DNA of 64,000 nt, taken from assembly GCF_041886205.1 (NCBI RefSeq), contig NZ_CP169029.1. One strand, given 5' to 3'. Position numbers and translations under genes: made by a program. Shown here one piece after another: positions 10,214 through 21,166 of the stretch (positions are counted from its first letter, which is position 1; every line of letters begins with the position of its first letter). The notes below the pieces were generated by a model, which saw only the letters and a program-made list of their open reading frames with translations, did not search any database and was not told where the DNA came from. The stretch is from Escherichia coli (GTDB taxonomy: Bacteria; Pseudomonadota; Gammaproteobacteria; Enterobacterales; Enterobacteriaceae).

Positions 10214-11277
10214 TGTACGTTGCCGTGAAAGGGGGCGAGAAGGCGATCGACGCCGCCCACGCCCTGCAAGAGAGCCGACGCCGAGGCGATACCGATTTGC
10301 CCGAACTGAGCGTCGCCCAGATTGAACAGCAGCTTAACCTCGCGGTAGATCGCGTGATGACCGAAGGCGGCATTGCCGACCGCGAACTGGCGGCGCTGGC
10401 GCTGAAACAGGCCAGCGGCGATAACGTTGAAGCGATTTTCCTGCTGCGCGCCTACCGCACCACGTTGGCGAAGCTGGCGGTAAGCGAGCCGCTCGACACC
10501 ACCGGGATGCGTCTCGAACGCCGTATCTCCGCCGTTTATAAAGACATTCCCGGCGGCCAGCTGCTTGGCCCAACCTACGACTACACCCATCGCCTGCTCG
10601 ATTTTACCCTGCTGGCAAACGGCGAAGCGCCGACGCTGACCACCGCCGACAGCGAACAGCAGCCGTCGCCGCACGTTTTCAGCCTGCTGGCGCGTCAGGG
10701 GCTGGCGAAGTTTGAAGAGGATAGCGGCGCACAGCCGGATGACATCACCCGCACGCCGCCGGTTTACCCCTGCTCACGCTCCTCCCGTTTGCAGCAGTTG
10801 ATGCGCGGCGACGAAGGCTATTTGCTGGCGCTGGCCTACTCCACCCAACGCGGTTACGGGCGCAATCACCCGTTCGCAGGCGAGATCCGCAGCGGCTATA
10901 TCGACGTGTCGATTGTGCCGGAAGAGCTGGGATTTGCGGTGAACGTCGGCGAACTGCTGATGACTGAGTGTGAAATGGTTAACGGTTTTATCGACCCGCC
11001 GGGTGAGCCGCCGCACTTCACGCGCGGCTACGGGCTGGTGTTCGGCATGAGCGAGCGCAAAGCGATGGCGATGGCGCTGGTCGACCGCGCTCTGCAAGCC
11101 CCGGAGTACGGCGAGCACGCGACAGGCCCGGCGCAGGATGAAGAGTTCGTGCTGGCACATGCCGACAACGTCGAAGCCGCAGGCTTTGTCTCACACCTCA
11201 AACTCCCCCACTACGTCGATTTCCAGGCCGAACTGGAGCTACTCAAACGTCTGCAACAGGAGCAGAACCATGGCTAA
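10213..11277 (+). CDS. phnI: C-P lyase core complex subunit PhnI (354 aa)
   Basis: Start taken at [16 protein letters not shown], overlapping the phnH stop; the tracked ORF 10093-11277 is a 5' over-extension. Confidence 0.85.
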   Translation: MYVAVKGGEKAIDAAHALQESRRRGDTDLPELSVAQIEQQLNLAVDRVMTEGGIADRELAALALKQASGDNVEAIFLLRAYRTTLAKLAVSEPLDTTGMRLERRISAVYKDIPGGQLLGPTYDYTHRLLDFTLLANGEAPTLTTADSEQQPSPHVFSLLARQGLAKFEEDSGAQPDDITRTPPVYPCSRSSRLQQLMRGDEGYLLALAYSTQRGYGRNHPFAGEIRSGYIDVSIVPEELGFAVNVGELLMTECEMVNGFIDPPGEPPHFTRGYGLVFGMSERKAMAMALVDRALQAPEYGEHATGPAQDEEFVLAHADNVEAAGFVSHLKLPHYVDFQAELELLKRLQQEQNHG

Positions 11278-12115
11278 TCTGAGCGGCTACAACTTTGCCT
11301 ACCTCGACGAGCAGACCAAACGCATGATCCGCCGCGCCATCTTAAAAGCGGTGGCGATCCCCGGTTATCAGGTGCCGTTTGGCGGGCGCGAGATGCCGAT
11401 GCCGTACGGCTGGGGAACCGGCGGCATTCAGCTTACCGCCAGCGTGATTGGCGAAAGCGACGTGCTGAAGGTGATTGACCAGGGCGCGGATGACACCACC
11501 AACGCCGTGTCGATTCGCAACTTCTTCAAGCGCGTGACCGGGGTAAACACCACGGAACGTACGGACGATGCGACGGTTATCCAGACGCGTCACCGCATCC
11601 CCGAAACGCCGCTGACCGAAGATCAGATAATTATCTTCCAGGTGCCAATCCCCGAGCCGCTGCGCTTTATCGAGCCGCGCGAAACGGAAACCCGCACCAT
11701 GCACGCGCTGGAAGAGTACGGCGTGATGCAGGTGAAACTGTATGAAGATATCGCCCGCTTCGGTCATATCGCCACCACCTACGCCTATCCGGTGAAGGTA
11801 AATGGGCGCTACGTGATGGACCCGTCGCCGATCCCGAAATTCGATAACCCAAAAATGGACATGATGCCCGCCCTGCAACTGTTCGGCGCGGGGCGCGAGA
11901 AGCGCATCTATGCGGTGCCGCCGTTTACCCGCGTGGAAAGTCTCGATTTCGACGATCACCCGTTCACCGTTCAGCAGTGGGATGAGCCATGCGCCATCTG
12001 CGGATCGACCCACAGCTATCTTGATGAAGTGGTGCTGGATGACGCCGGAAACCGCATGTTTGTCTGCTCCGATACCGATTATTGCCGCCAACAGAGCGAG
12101 GCAAAAAACCAATGA
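11270..12115 (+). CDS. phnJ: C-P lyase PhnJ (radical SAM-dependent C-P bond cleavage subunit)
   Basis: Start at MANLSGYNFAYLDEQTKRMIRRAILKAVAIPGYQVPF; C-terminal CxxCxxxxxC cysteine cluster (CAICGSTHSYLDEV). Confidence 0.85.
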   Translation: MANLSGYNFAYLDEQTKRMIRRAILKAVAIPGYQVPFGGREMPMPYGWGTGGIQLTASVIGESDVLKVIDQGADDTTNAVSIRNFFKRVTGVNTTERTDDATVIQTRHRIPETPLTEDQIIIFQVPIPEPLRFIEPRETETRTMHALEEYGVMQVKLYEDIARFGHIATTYAYPVKVNGRYVMDPSPIPKFDNPKMDMMPALQLFGAGREKRIYAVPPFTRVESLDFDDHPFTVQQWDEPCAICGSTHSYLDEVVLDDAGNRMFVCSDTDYCRQQSEAKNQ

Positions 12116-12870
12116 ATCAACCGTTACTTTCGGTCAATAACCTGACCCACCTTTACGCGCCGGGCAAAGGCTTTAGCGATGTCTCTTTTGATTTATGGCC
12201 GGGGGAAGTGCTGGGCATTGTCGGGGAATCCGGCTCCGGGAAGACCACGCTGCTGAAGTCGATCTCCGCGCGCCTGACGCCGCAGCAGGGGGAAATTCAC
12301 TACGAGAACCGTTCGCTGTATGCAATGAGCGAGGCCGACCGCCGTCGCCTGCTGCGTACCGAATGGGGCGTGGTGCATCAGCATCCACTCGACGGCCTGC
12401 GCCGCCAGGTGTCGGCAGGCGGCAATATCGGCGAGCGGCTGATGGCGACCGGGGCACGTCATTACGGCGATATTCGTGCCACCGCGCAGAAGTGGCTGGA
12501 AGAGGTGGAGATTCCCGCCAACCGGATCGACGACCTGCCGACCACCTTTTCCGGCGGTATGCAGCAGCGTTTGCAGATTGCCCGCAACCTGGTGACGCAT
12601 CCGAAGCTGGTGTTTATGGATGAACCGACCGGCGGGCTGGATGTGTCGGTGCAGGCCCGCCTGCTCGACCTGCTGCGCGGCCTGGTGGTGGAGCTGAACC
12701 TCGCGGTGGTGATTGTCACCCATGATTTAGGCGTCGCCCGCCTGCTGGCGGACCGTTTGCTGGTGATGAAGCAGGGGCAAGTGGTGGAGAGTGGGTTAAC
12801 CGACCGCGTGCTCGACGACCCGCATCATCCGTATACACAGCTGCTGGTGTCATCGGTTTTGCAGAATTGA
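12112..12870 (+). CDS. phnK: ABC-type ATPase PhnK (C-P lyase accessory)
   Basis: Walker [10 protein letters not shown], signature FSGGMQQR, Walker B VFMDEPT. Confidence 0.9.
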
Positions 12871-12871
12871 G

Positions 12872-12962
<91 letters not shown>

Positions 12963-12980
12963 CGAACCACGAGGCGAAAA

Positions 12981-13661
12981 ATGATTAACGTACAAAACGT
13001 CAGTAAAACCTTCATCCTGCACCAGCAAAACGGCGTGCGCCTGCCCGTCCTCAATCGCGCCTCGCTCACCGTCAACGCGGGCGAATGCGTGGTGCTCCAC
13101 GGCCATTCCGGCAGCGGCAAATCAACTCTGCTACGCTCGCTGTACGCCAACTATCTACCCGACGAAGGTCAAATCCAGATCAAACACGGTGACGAGTGGG
13201 TAGACCTGGTCACCGCGCCAGCGCGCAAAGTGGTGGAAATCCGCAAAACCACCGTCGGCTGGGTGAGCCAGTTTCTGCGCGTCATCCCGCGTATCTCAGC
13301 ACTGGAAGTGGTGATGCAGCCGCTGCTCGATACCGGCGTTCCGCGTGAAGCCTGCGCCGCTAAAGCCGCGCGTCTTCTCACCCGCCTGAACGTGCCGGAA
13401 CGCCTGTGGCACCTGGCACCATCGACATTTTCCGGTGGCGAACAGCAGCGCGTCAACATCGCCCGCGGCTTTATCGTCGACTACCCCATTCTGCTGCTTG
13501 ACGAACCTACCGCCTCGCTGGACGCCAAAAACAGCGCCGCGGTGGTGGAACTGATTCGCGAAGCCAAAACCCGTGGCGCAGCCATCGTAGGCATCTTCCA
13601 TGACGAAGCTGTACGTAATGACGTCGCCGACCGCCTGCACCCAATGGGAGCCTCTTCATGA
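12981..13661 (+). CDS. phnL: ABC-type ATPase PhnL (226 aa)
   Basis: Start taken at [11 protein letters not shown], downstream of the REP; Walker [10 protein letters not shown], signature FSGGEQQR, Walker B LLLDEPT. Confidence 0.85.
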
Positions 13662-14794
13662 TTATCAATAACGTTAAGCTGGTGCTGGAAAACGAGGTGG
13701 TAAGCGGTTCGCTGGAGGTGCAGAACGGCGAAATCCGCGCCTTTGCCGAAAGCCAGAGCCGCCTGCCGGAGGCGATGGACGGCGAAGGCGGCTGGCTGCT
13801 GCCGGGGCTGATTGAGCTGCATACCGATAATCTGGATAAATTCTTCACCCCGCGCCCGAAAGTTGACTGGCCTGCCCACTCGGCGATGAGCAGCCACGAC
13901 GCGCTGATGGTGGCGAGCGGCATCACCACCGTACTGGATGCCGTGGCAATTGGCGACGTGCGCGACGGCGGCGATCGGCTGGAGAATCTGGAGAAGATGA
14001 TCAACGCCATCGAAGAGACGCAGAAACGCGGCGTCAACCGCGCCGAGCACCGTCTGCATCTGCGCTGCGAACTGCCGCATCACACCACGCTGCCGCTGTT
14101 TGAAAAACTGGTGCAGCGCGAGCCGGTGACGCTGGTGTCGCTGATGGACCACTCGCCGGGCCAGCGCCAGTTCGCCAACCGCGAGAAGTATCGCGAATAT
14201 TATCAGGGCAAATACTCCCTCACTGATGCGCAGATGCAGCAGTACGAAGAAGAGCAACTGGCGCTCGCCGCACGCTGGTCGCAGCCGAATCGCGAATCCA
14301 TCGCCGCCCTGTGCCGCGCGCGAAAAATTGCGCTTGCCAGCCACGATGACGCCACCCACGCCCACGTTGCTGAATCTCACCAGCTTGGCAGCGTGATCGC
14401 CGAATTTCCCACCACGTTCGAAGCGGCGGAAGCCTCGCGCAAGCATGGCATGAACGTGCTGATGGGCGCGCCGAATATTGTGCGCGGCGGCTCGCACTCC
14501 GGCAACGTGGCGGCCAGTGAACTGGCGCAGCTTGGCCTGCTGGATATCCTCTCTTCCGACTACTACCCCGCCAGCCTGCTCGATGCGGCATTTCGCGTCG
14601 CCGATGACGAGAGCAACCGCTTTACGCTGCCGCAGGCGGTGAAGCTGGTGACTAAAAATCCAGCGCAGGCGCTTAATCTCCAGGATCGCGGGGTGATTGG
14701 CGAGGGCAAACGCGCCGACCTGGTGCTGGCGCATCGCAAGGACAATCATATTCATATCGACCACGTCTGGCGTCAGGGTAAAAGGGTGTTCTGA
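13658..14794 (+). CDS. phnM: PhnM, amidohydrolase-family C-P lyase pathway enzyme
   Basis: 378 aa; metal-dependent hydrolase-like HTD motif ([10 protein letters not shown]); 4-nt overlap with phnL. Confidence 0.9.
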
Positions 14795-15351
14795 TGATGG
14801 GAAAACTGATTTGGTTAATGGGGCCGTCCGGCTCCGGGAAAGACAGCCTGCTGGCGGAACTCCGCCTGCGGGAACAAACTCAGTTACTGGTGGCGCATCG
14901 CTACATCACGCGCGATGCCAGCGCCGGAAGTGAAAACCATATCGCCCTGAGCGAGCAGGAGTTTTTTACCCGCGCGGGGCAAAATCTGTTGGCCTTAAGC
15001 TGGCACGCTAACGGTCTGTATTATGGCGTCGGCGTCGAGATTGATCTCTGGCTGCACGCCGGATTCGACGTGCTGGTCAACGGCTCACGCGCCCATCTGC
15101 CGCAGGCGCGGGCGCGCTATCAATCGGCGCTGCTGCCCGTCTGTTTACAGGTTTCGCCGGAGATCCTCCGCCAGCGCCTGGAAAACCGTGGCCGTGAAAA
15201 CGCCAGTGAAATTAACGCCCGCCTGGCGCGCGCCGCCCGCTATACTCCACAGGATTGCCATACGCTCAACAATGACGGCAGCCTGCGCCAGTCGGTCGAC
15301 ACGCTGCTGACGCTGATCCATCAGAAGGAGAAACACCATGCCTGCTTGTGA
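14794..15351 (+). CDS. phnN: Ribose 1,5-bisphosphate phosphokinase PhnN
   Basis: 185 aa; P-loop GPSGSGKDS; operon position. Confidence 0.9.
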
Positions 15352-15772
15352 GCTTCGCCCGGCCACGCAGTACGACACCGACGCGGTTTACGCGCTGATT
15401 TGTGAGCTAAAACAGGCGGAGTTTGACCACCACGCGTTTCGCGTGGGTTTTAACGCCAATCTGCGCGACCCAAACATGCGCTACCATCTGGCGCTGCTTG
15501 ATGGCGAAGTTGTCGGCATGATCGGCCTGCATTTGCAGTTTCATCTGCATCATGTCAACTGGATCGGCGAAATTCAGGAGTTGGTGGTAATGCCGCAGGC
15601 GCGCGGTCTGAACGTCGGCAGTAAGTTACTGGCGTGGGCAGAAGAAGAAGCCCGCCAGGCCGGGGCCGAAATGACCGAACTTTCGACCAACGTGAAGCGC
15701 CACGACGCGCACCGTTTCTATCTGCGCGAAGGCTACGAGCAGAGCCACTTCCGCTTCACCAAGGCGCTGTAA
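15338..15772 (+). CDS. phnO: Aminoalkylphosphonate N-acetyltransferase PhnO (GNAT)
   Basis: 144 aa GNAT-like protein overlapping the phnN 3' end. Confidence 0.9.
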
Positions 15773-15773
15773 C

Positions 15774-16532
15774 ATGAGCCTGACCCTCACGCTCACCGGC
15801 ACCGGCGGCGCACAGGGCGTTCCGGCATGGGGCTGCGAGTGTGCGGCCTGCGCCAGAGCGCGGCGCTCGCCGCAGTATCGCCGCCAACCGTGCAGCGGCG
15901 TAGTGAAGTTTAACGACGCAATCACCCTGATCGACGCCGGGCTGCACGATCTCGCCGATCGTTGGTCGCCCGGATCGTTCCAGCAGTTTTTGCTGACGCA
16001 TTATCATATGGATCACGTCCAGGGGCTGTTTCCGCTGCGCTGGGGCGTTGGCGATCCGATCCCGGTTTACGGCCCGCCGGATGAACAGGGCTGCGACGAT
16101 CTGTTTAAACATCCGGGCCTGCTTGATTTCAGCCACACGGTGGAACCGTTTGTGGTGTTTGATTTGCAGGGGTTACAGGTCACGCCCCTGCCGCTCAACC
16201 ACTCAAAACTGACCTTCGGTTATCTGCTGGAAACGGCACACAGCCGGGTGGCGTGGCTGTCTGACACCGCAGGCTTGCCGGAAAAAACGCTGAAATTTTT
16301 ACGCAATAATCAGCCGCAGGTAATGGTGATGGATTGCAGTCACCCGCCGCGCGCGGATGCACCGCGTAATCACTGTGATTTAAATACCGTGCTTGCGCTG
16401 AATCAGGTTATCCGCTCGCCACGGGTGATTCTGACCCATATCAGCCACCAGTTTGATGCGTGGCTGATGGAAAACGCACTACCGTCAGGGTTTGAGGTGG
16501 GGTTTGATGGGATGGAGATTGGGGTGGCGTGA
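15774..16532 (+). CDS. phnP: Phosphodiesterase PhnP (metallo-beta-lactamase fold)
   Basis: 252 aa with HxHxDH motif ([10 protein letters not shown]). Confidence 0.9.
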
Positions 16533-16552
16533 TGAGAGGGAATGTGCGCGCT

Positions 16553-16660
16553 GGCCCCCTCACCCTAACCCTCTCCCCAGAGGGGCGAGGGGACCGATTG
16601 TGCTCGATATTGAATATTGCGCTCGTTTTCTCCCTCTCCCCATTGGGGTGAGGGGCGATG
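16553..16660. repeat. Two C-rich/G-rich imperfect palindromes in the convergent phnP-yjdP gap (possible bidirectional terminator or small repeat-family element)
   Basis: CCCTCACCCTAACCCTCTCCCCAGAGGGGCGAGGGGAC at ~16557-16594 and CTCCCTCTCCCCATTGGGGTGAGGGGCG at ~16630-16657; each can fold as a GC-rich hairpin. Confidence 0.5.
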
Positions 16661-16678
16661 CCTGCTCCATACCCAACC

Positions 16679-17008
16679 TCATCGCCCATACTCATCTTCC
16701 ATTCTCCGCTCTTCATCCTCCAGTTGCCGACGCTCCTGATCAAGCTGGCGCTGGCGATCGTCCAGCTGCCTGCGGCGATCTTCAAACTGGCGGCGGCGGT
16801 CGTCATATTGTCTGCGCCGATCGTCGCTCACTTCACGCTGCCAGCCGTCGTCGCGCGAATCTTCATAGTCTCGCCCACGGTCAGGGTTATAAGCGTCATT
16901 AATCGCCTGCTGAATATTGCCAATGGTGTCGTCGATAATATCGGCCTGGGCCGGAACGGTGGACAGCGTGAGCAGGGTGAATAAAAGAAATAGCGGAAAG
17001 CGTTTCAT
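16679..17008 (-). CDS. yjdP: Small secreted protein YjdP (109 aa)
   Basis: Signal peptide MKRFPLFLLFTLLTLSTVPAQA followed by a repetitive D/R/Q/E-rich region (RRQYDDRRRQFEDRRRQLDDRQRQLDQERRQLEDEERR). Confidence 0.8.
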   Translation of the reverse strand: MKRFPLFLLFTLLTLSTVPAQADIIDDTIGNIQQAINDAYNPDRGRDYEDSRDDGWQREVSDDRRRQYDDRRRQFEDRRRQLDDRQRQLDQERRQLEDEERRMEDEYGR

Positions 17009-17076
17009 TAGCCAACCTCAAAAAGAAACTCTATCCACATTAATCATTACTCATCCATGCAAGTAGTGGATGAATC

Positions 17077-17394
17077 TCAATTTCTCCGCTGCTCTATTGC
17101 CGTAATCGCCTCCACGCGTTGTTGATGACGACCGCCTTCGTACTGTGCGCCCAGCCACGCATCCACAATCATTTTTGCCAGTTCGAGGCCAACCACTCGT
17201 GAACCAAAAGCCAGTGCAACTTCACTGGCGTAATGCGGATAATCAGTGCGCTCTGACGACCTGGTTTCTTTATCAATCCCCTCACTCATTGACCATGAAT
17301 AAAAGGCTGGCACAGCAACACAGAATCCTGCGGTGCCAGCGACATGACCGCCCATTGCTCCGGTACGTTTTTTAATAAAAAACACCGGTTGCAT
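17077..17394 (-). pseudogene. rpiB: Remnant of ribose-5-phosphate isomerase B (rpiB): C-terminal half retained, internal in-frame deletion, non-RpiB N-terminus
   Basis: The 105-aa ORF contains SSERTDYPHYASEVALA fused directly to FGSRVVGLELAKMIVDAWLGAQYEGGRHQQRVEAITAIEQRRN. Both match remembered RpiB but with ~58 intervening residues missing, and the first ~36 residues do not resemble RpiB. Confidence 0.6.
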
Positions 17395-17634
17395 TGATTA
17401 ATTGTGCTCAGTATTTGCCGAAGTACAATATATATAATAAATATATAAAACACCTCATATTATTTACAGAGATAATAAATTCGCGTACTTTTCCCTCTTC
17501 AGCACAAATGCCTAATAAAATGGCGCGTTCAGCTCACACTTCCACTTATTAAAGTCGCAATTTCCCAATTATGATAACGCCAGCTTTAAATGACGTATTT
17601 TGCATGGATTACATATTTACGACATAAATGATAA

Positions 17635-19632
17635 ATGGAGATTTATATGAATAACTCTCGGTTATTCCGTTTGAGCAGGATTGTTATTGCGTTAACTGCC
17701 GCCAGCGGCATGATGGTAAATACCGCTAACGCGAAAGAGGAAGCGAAAGCCGCCACTCAATATACCCAACAGGTTAATCAGAATTACGCCAAATCATTAC
17801 CGTTTAGCGATCGTCAGGATTTTGACGATGCCCAGCGTGGATTTATCGCCCCGCTGCTGGATGAAGGTATTCTGCGTGATGCGAACGGTAAAGTTTACTA
17901 CCGCGCGGACGATTACAAATTTGATATTAATGCCGCAGCGCCGGAAACCGTAAACCCCAGCCTGTGGCGTCAGTCGCAAATCAACGGTATTTCTGGCCTG
18001 TTCAAAGTCACCGATAAAATGTATCAGGTGCGCGGCCAGGATATCTCTAACATTACGTTCGTTGAGGGCGAGAAAGGCATTATTGTTATTGACCCACTGG
18101 TGACGCCACCTGCCGCAAAAGCCGCACTTGACCTTTACTTCCAGCATCGTCCGCATAAACCGATTGTTGCCGTTATCTACACTCACAGCCACACTGACCA
18201 CTATGGTGGCGTGAAAGGTATTATCTCTGAAGCCGATGTTAAATCCGGCAAAGTTCAGGTGATTGCCCCTGCAGGCTTTATGGACGAAGCCATCAGCGAA
18301 AACGTGCTGGCGGGTAACATCATGAGCCGCCGTGCGCTCTACTCTTACGGTCTGTTACTGCCGCACAACGCGCAAGGCAACGTGGGTAATGGCCTTGGCG
18401 TGACGCTGGCAACGGGCGACCCGAGCATTATTGCACCGACTAAAACTATCGTCAGAACTGGCGAGAAGATGATTATTGACGGCCTGGAGTTTGACTTCCT
18501 GATGACCCCAGGTAGCGAAGCGCCAGCCGAAATGCACTTCTATATTCCGGCCCTGAAAGCCCTGTGTACCGCCGAGAACGCCACGCATACCCTACACAAC
18601 TTCTACACTCTGCGCGGCGCGAAAACCCGCGATACCAGCAAGTGGACCGAGTACCTGAACGAAACGCTGGATATGTGGGGTAACGACGCGGAAGTCCTGT
18701 TTATGCCGCACACCTGGCCGGTCTGGGGCAATAAGCATATCAATGATTATATTGGTAAATATCGCGATACTATCAAGTACATTCACGACCAGACCCTGCA
18801 CCTGGCGAACCAGGGCTACACCATGAATGAAATCAGCGACATGATTAAGCTGCCGCCTGCACTTGCCAATAACTGGGCCAGCCGTGGCTATTACGGTTCT
18901 GTCAGCCACAACGCCCGCGCGGTGTATAACTTCTATCTTGGCTATTACGACGGTAACCCGGCTAACCTGCATCCGTATGGTCAGGTGGAGATGGGTAAAC
19001 GTTACGTGCAGGCGCTGGGCGGTTCTGCCCGTGTCATCAACCTAGCGCAAGAAGCGAACAAGCAAGGTGATTACCGCTGGTCGGCAGAACTGCTGAAACA
19101 GGTGATTGCCGCCAACCCGGGTGACCAGGTCGCGAAGAATCTGCAAGCGAATAACTTTGAACAGCTGGGCTATCAGGCCGAATCCGCCACCTGGCGCGGT
19201 TTCTACCTGACCGGCGCGAAAGAGCTGCGCGAAGGGGTGCATAAGTTCAGCCACGGCACCACCGGTTCCCCGGACACCATTCGCGGGATGTCGGTCGAAA
19301 TGCTGTTCGACTTTATGTCCGTTCGCCTCGATAGCGCGAAAGCCGCGGGTAAAAATATCAGCCTGAACTTCAATATGAGCAATGGCGATAACCTCAACCT
19401 GACGCTGAACGATAGCGTGCTTAACTACCGTAAAACACTGCAATCCCAAGCTGACGCCTCTTTCTACATCAGCCGTGAAGATCTGCACGCCGTGCTAACC
19501 GGGCAAGCCAAAATGGCGGATCTGGTAAAAGCGAAGAAAGCCAAAATTATTGGCAATGGCGCGAAACTGGAAGAAATTATCGCCTGTCTGGATAATTTCG
19601 ATTTGTGGGTGAATATCGTAACCCCAAATTAA
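17635..19632 (+). CDS. yjcS: YjcS, alkyl/aryl-sulfatase-like metallo-beta-lactamase-fold hydrolase with signal peptide
   Basis: 665-aa ORF; HSHTDHYGG metal-binding motif; N-terminal signal peptide. True start may be the internal MNNSRLF at 17647. Confidence 0.85.
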   Translation: MEIYMNNSRLFRLSRIVIALTAASGMMVNTANAKEEAKAATQYTQQVNQNYAKSLPFSDRQDFDDAQRGFIAPLLDEGILRDANGKVYYRADDYKFDINAAAPETVNPSLWRQSQINGISGLFKVTDKMYQVRGQDISNITFVEGEKGIIVIDPLVTPPAAKAALDLYFQHRPHKPIVAVIYTHSHTDHYGGVKGIISEADVKSGKVQVIAPAGFMDEAISENVLAGNIMSRRALYSYGLLLPHNAQGNVGNGLGVTLATGDPSIIAPTKTIVRTGEKMIIDGLEFDFLMTPGSEAPAEMHFYIPALKALCTAENATHTLHNFYTLRGAKTRDTSKWTEYLNETLDMWGNDAEVLFMPHTWPVWGNKHINDYIGKYRDTIKYIHDQTLHLANQGYTMNEISDMIKLPPALANNWASRGYYGSVSHNARAVYNFYLGYYDGNPANLHPYGQVEMGKRYVQALGGSARVINLAQEANKQGDYRWSAELLKQVIAANPGDQVAKNLQANNFEQLGYQAESATWRGFYLTGAKELREGVHKFSHGTTGSPDTIRGMSVEMLFDFMSVRLDSAKAAGKNISLNFNMSNGDNLNLTLNDSVLNYRKTLQSQADASFYISREDLHAVLTGQAKMADLVKAKKAKIIGNGAKLEEIIACLDNFDLWVNIVTPN

Positions 19633-19640
19633 TGTCACTC

Positions 19641-19680
19641 GCTTTTGGGGGCGCTGAAGCCCCCAAAAGCATTTATTTTA
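19641..19680 (+). terminator. Rho-independent terminator after yjcS
   Basis: GCTTTTGGGGG-loop-CCCCCAAAAGC hairpin followed by a T-rich tract. Confidence 0.7.
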
Positions 19681-19840
19681 AAAATATATACAGCCAATTA
19701 ATAAATAAAATATATAAGTTATGAATGCGGTGGCTGAATAAAGCTATTTTTATTCATCGAGAAAATAGCCATACTGACGCCTTCAATGGATATTGATATT
19801 CACTACAGATATTGTTCGCAGCAGACAGGATGTATTTAAT

Positions 19841-20116
19841 ATGCCAACAGTTCTCTCTCGCATGGCGATGCAACTCAAAAAAACAGCCTGGATAATTCCC
19901 GTCTTCATGGTTTCGGGATGCTCATTATCTCCGGCAATCCCGGTGATCGGTGCTTATTATCCCAGCTGGTTTTTCTGCGCCATTGCCAGCCTTATTTTGA
20001 TGCTCATCACGAGGCGAGTTATTCAGCGGGCAAATATCAATCTGGCATTTGTCGGAATTATTTATACCGCCCTTTTTGCTCTCTACGCCATGCTGTTCTG
20101 GCTGGCATTTTTCTAA
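19841..20116 (+). CDS. ytcA: Small lipoprotein YtcA (91 aa)
   Basis: Start at MPTVLSRMAMQLKKTAWIIPVFMVSGCSLSP (lipobox VSGC); immediately upstream of mdtN. Confidence 0.75.
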   Translation: MPTVLSRMAMQLKKTAWIIPVFMVSGCSLSPAIPVIGAYYPSWFFCAIASLILMLITRRVIQRANINLAFVGIIYTALFALYAMLFWLAFF

Positions 20117-20134
20117 TCTATTTGAGACGCGCTC

Positions 20135-21166
20135 ATGGAAAGTACGCCGAAAAAAGCTCCTCGCAGTAAATTCCCTGCTCTGTTAGTGGTTGCGTTGGCG
20201 CTGGTTGCCCTTGTTTTCGTTATCTGGCGCGTAGACAGTGCGCCATCAACTAATGACGCTTACGCGTCAGCAGATACCATTGATGTGGTGCCGGAAGTCA
20301 GCGGTCGCATTGTAGAACTGGCGGTCACCGACAACCAGGCGGTGAAACAGGGCGATTTGCTGTTCCGCATCGACCCGCGCCCGTACGAAGCCAACCTGGC
20401 GAAAGCCGAAGCCTCCCTCGCGGCGCTGGATAAGCAAATTATGCTCACCCAGCGTAGCGTTGACGCCCAACAGTTTGGTGCCGACTCGGTTAATGCCACG
20501 GTAGAAAAAGCCCGTGCCGCCGCTAAACAGGCCACAGATACATTACGCCGCACCGAGCCATTACTGAAAGAAGGTTTTGTCTCAGCGGAAGACGTTGACC
20601 GTGCGAGGACCGCGCAGCGCGCTGCAGAAGCCGATCTTAATGCCGTATTGTTACAGGCGCAGTCAGCCGCCAGCGCCGTCAGCGGCGTCGATGCGCTGGT
20701 GGCGCAACGTGCGGCGGTCGAAGCGGATATTGCCCTGACCAAACTTCATCTGGAAATGGCGACCGTACGCGCGCCGTTTGATGGCCGGATCATTTCCCTC
20801 AAAACCTCCGTCGGGCAATTTGCTTCTGCCATGCGCCCTATTTTTACCCTAATCGACACTCGTCACTGGTACGTGATCGCCAACTTCCGCGAAACCGATC
20901 TGAAAAATATTCGCTCAGGTACACCCGCAACGATTCGCCTGATGAGTGACAGCGGCAAAACCTTCGAGGGTAAAGTGGATTCGATTGGCTACGGCGTGCT
21001 ACCGGATGATGGCGGCCTGGTGCTGGGCGGCCTGCCGAAAGTTTCTCGTTCTATTAACTGGGTCCGCGTTGCCCAGCGTTTTCCGGTCAAAATCATGGTC
21101 AATAAACCTGACCCGGAAATGTTCCGCATCGGCGCTTCGGCAGTCGCTAATCTTGAGCCGCAATAA
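20135..21166 (+). CDS. mdtN: Multidrug efflux membrane-fusion protein MdtN (EmrA-like)
   Basis: 343 aa; N-terminal membrane anchor plus coiled-coil/HlyD-like region; precedes mdtO. Confidence 0.85.
   Translation: MESTPKKAPRSKFPALLVVALALVALVFVIWRVDSAPSTNDAYASADTIDVVPEVSGRIVELAVTDNQAVKQGDLLFRIDPRPYEANLAKAEASLAALDKQIMLTQRSVDAQQFGADSVNATVEKARAAAKQATDTLRRTEPLLKEGFVSAEDVDRARTAQRAAEADLNAVLLQAQSAASAVSGVDALVAQRAAVEADIALTKLHLEMATVRAPFDGRIISLKTSVGQFASAMRPIFTLIDTRHWYVIANFRETDLKNIRSGTPATIRLMSDSGKTFEGKVDSIGYGVLPDDGGLVLGGLPKVSRSINWVRVAQRFPVKIMVNKPDPEMFRIGASAVANLEPQ

Noticed and set aside
13481-14764. 427-aa minus-strand ORF
   Set aside because: Lies entirely antisense within phnL/phnM; Arg/Ala/Gly-rich low-complexity translation typical of a GC-rich antisense frame. 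phnM on the plus strand has clear amidohydrolase motifs.
16441-16984. Overlapping ORFs of 108-136 aa on both strands
   Set aside because: They span the C/G-rich palindromes and overlap yjdP; only the minus-strand yjdP frame (signal peptide plus charged repeat region) looks like a real gene.
17077-17394. 105-aa ORF as an intact small gene
   Set aside because: Its C-terminal half matches RpiB with an internal gap and a non-matching N-terminus; better explained as a deletion remnant than a functional gene.
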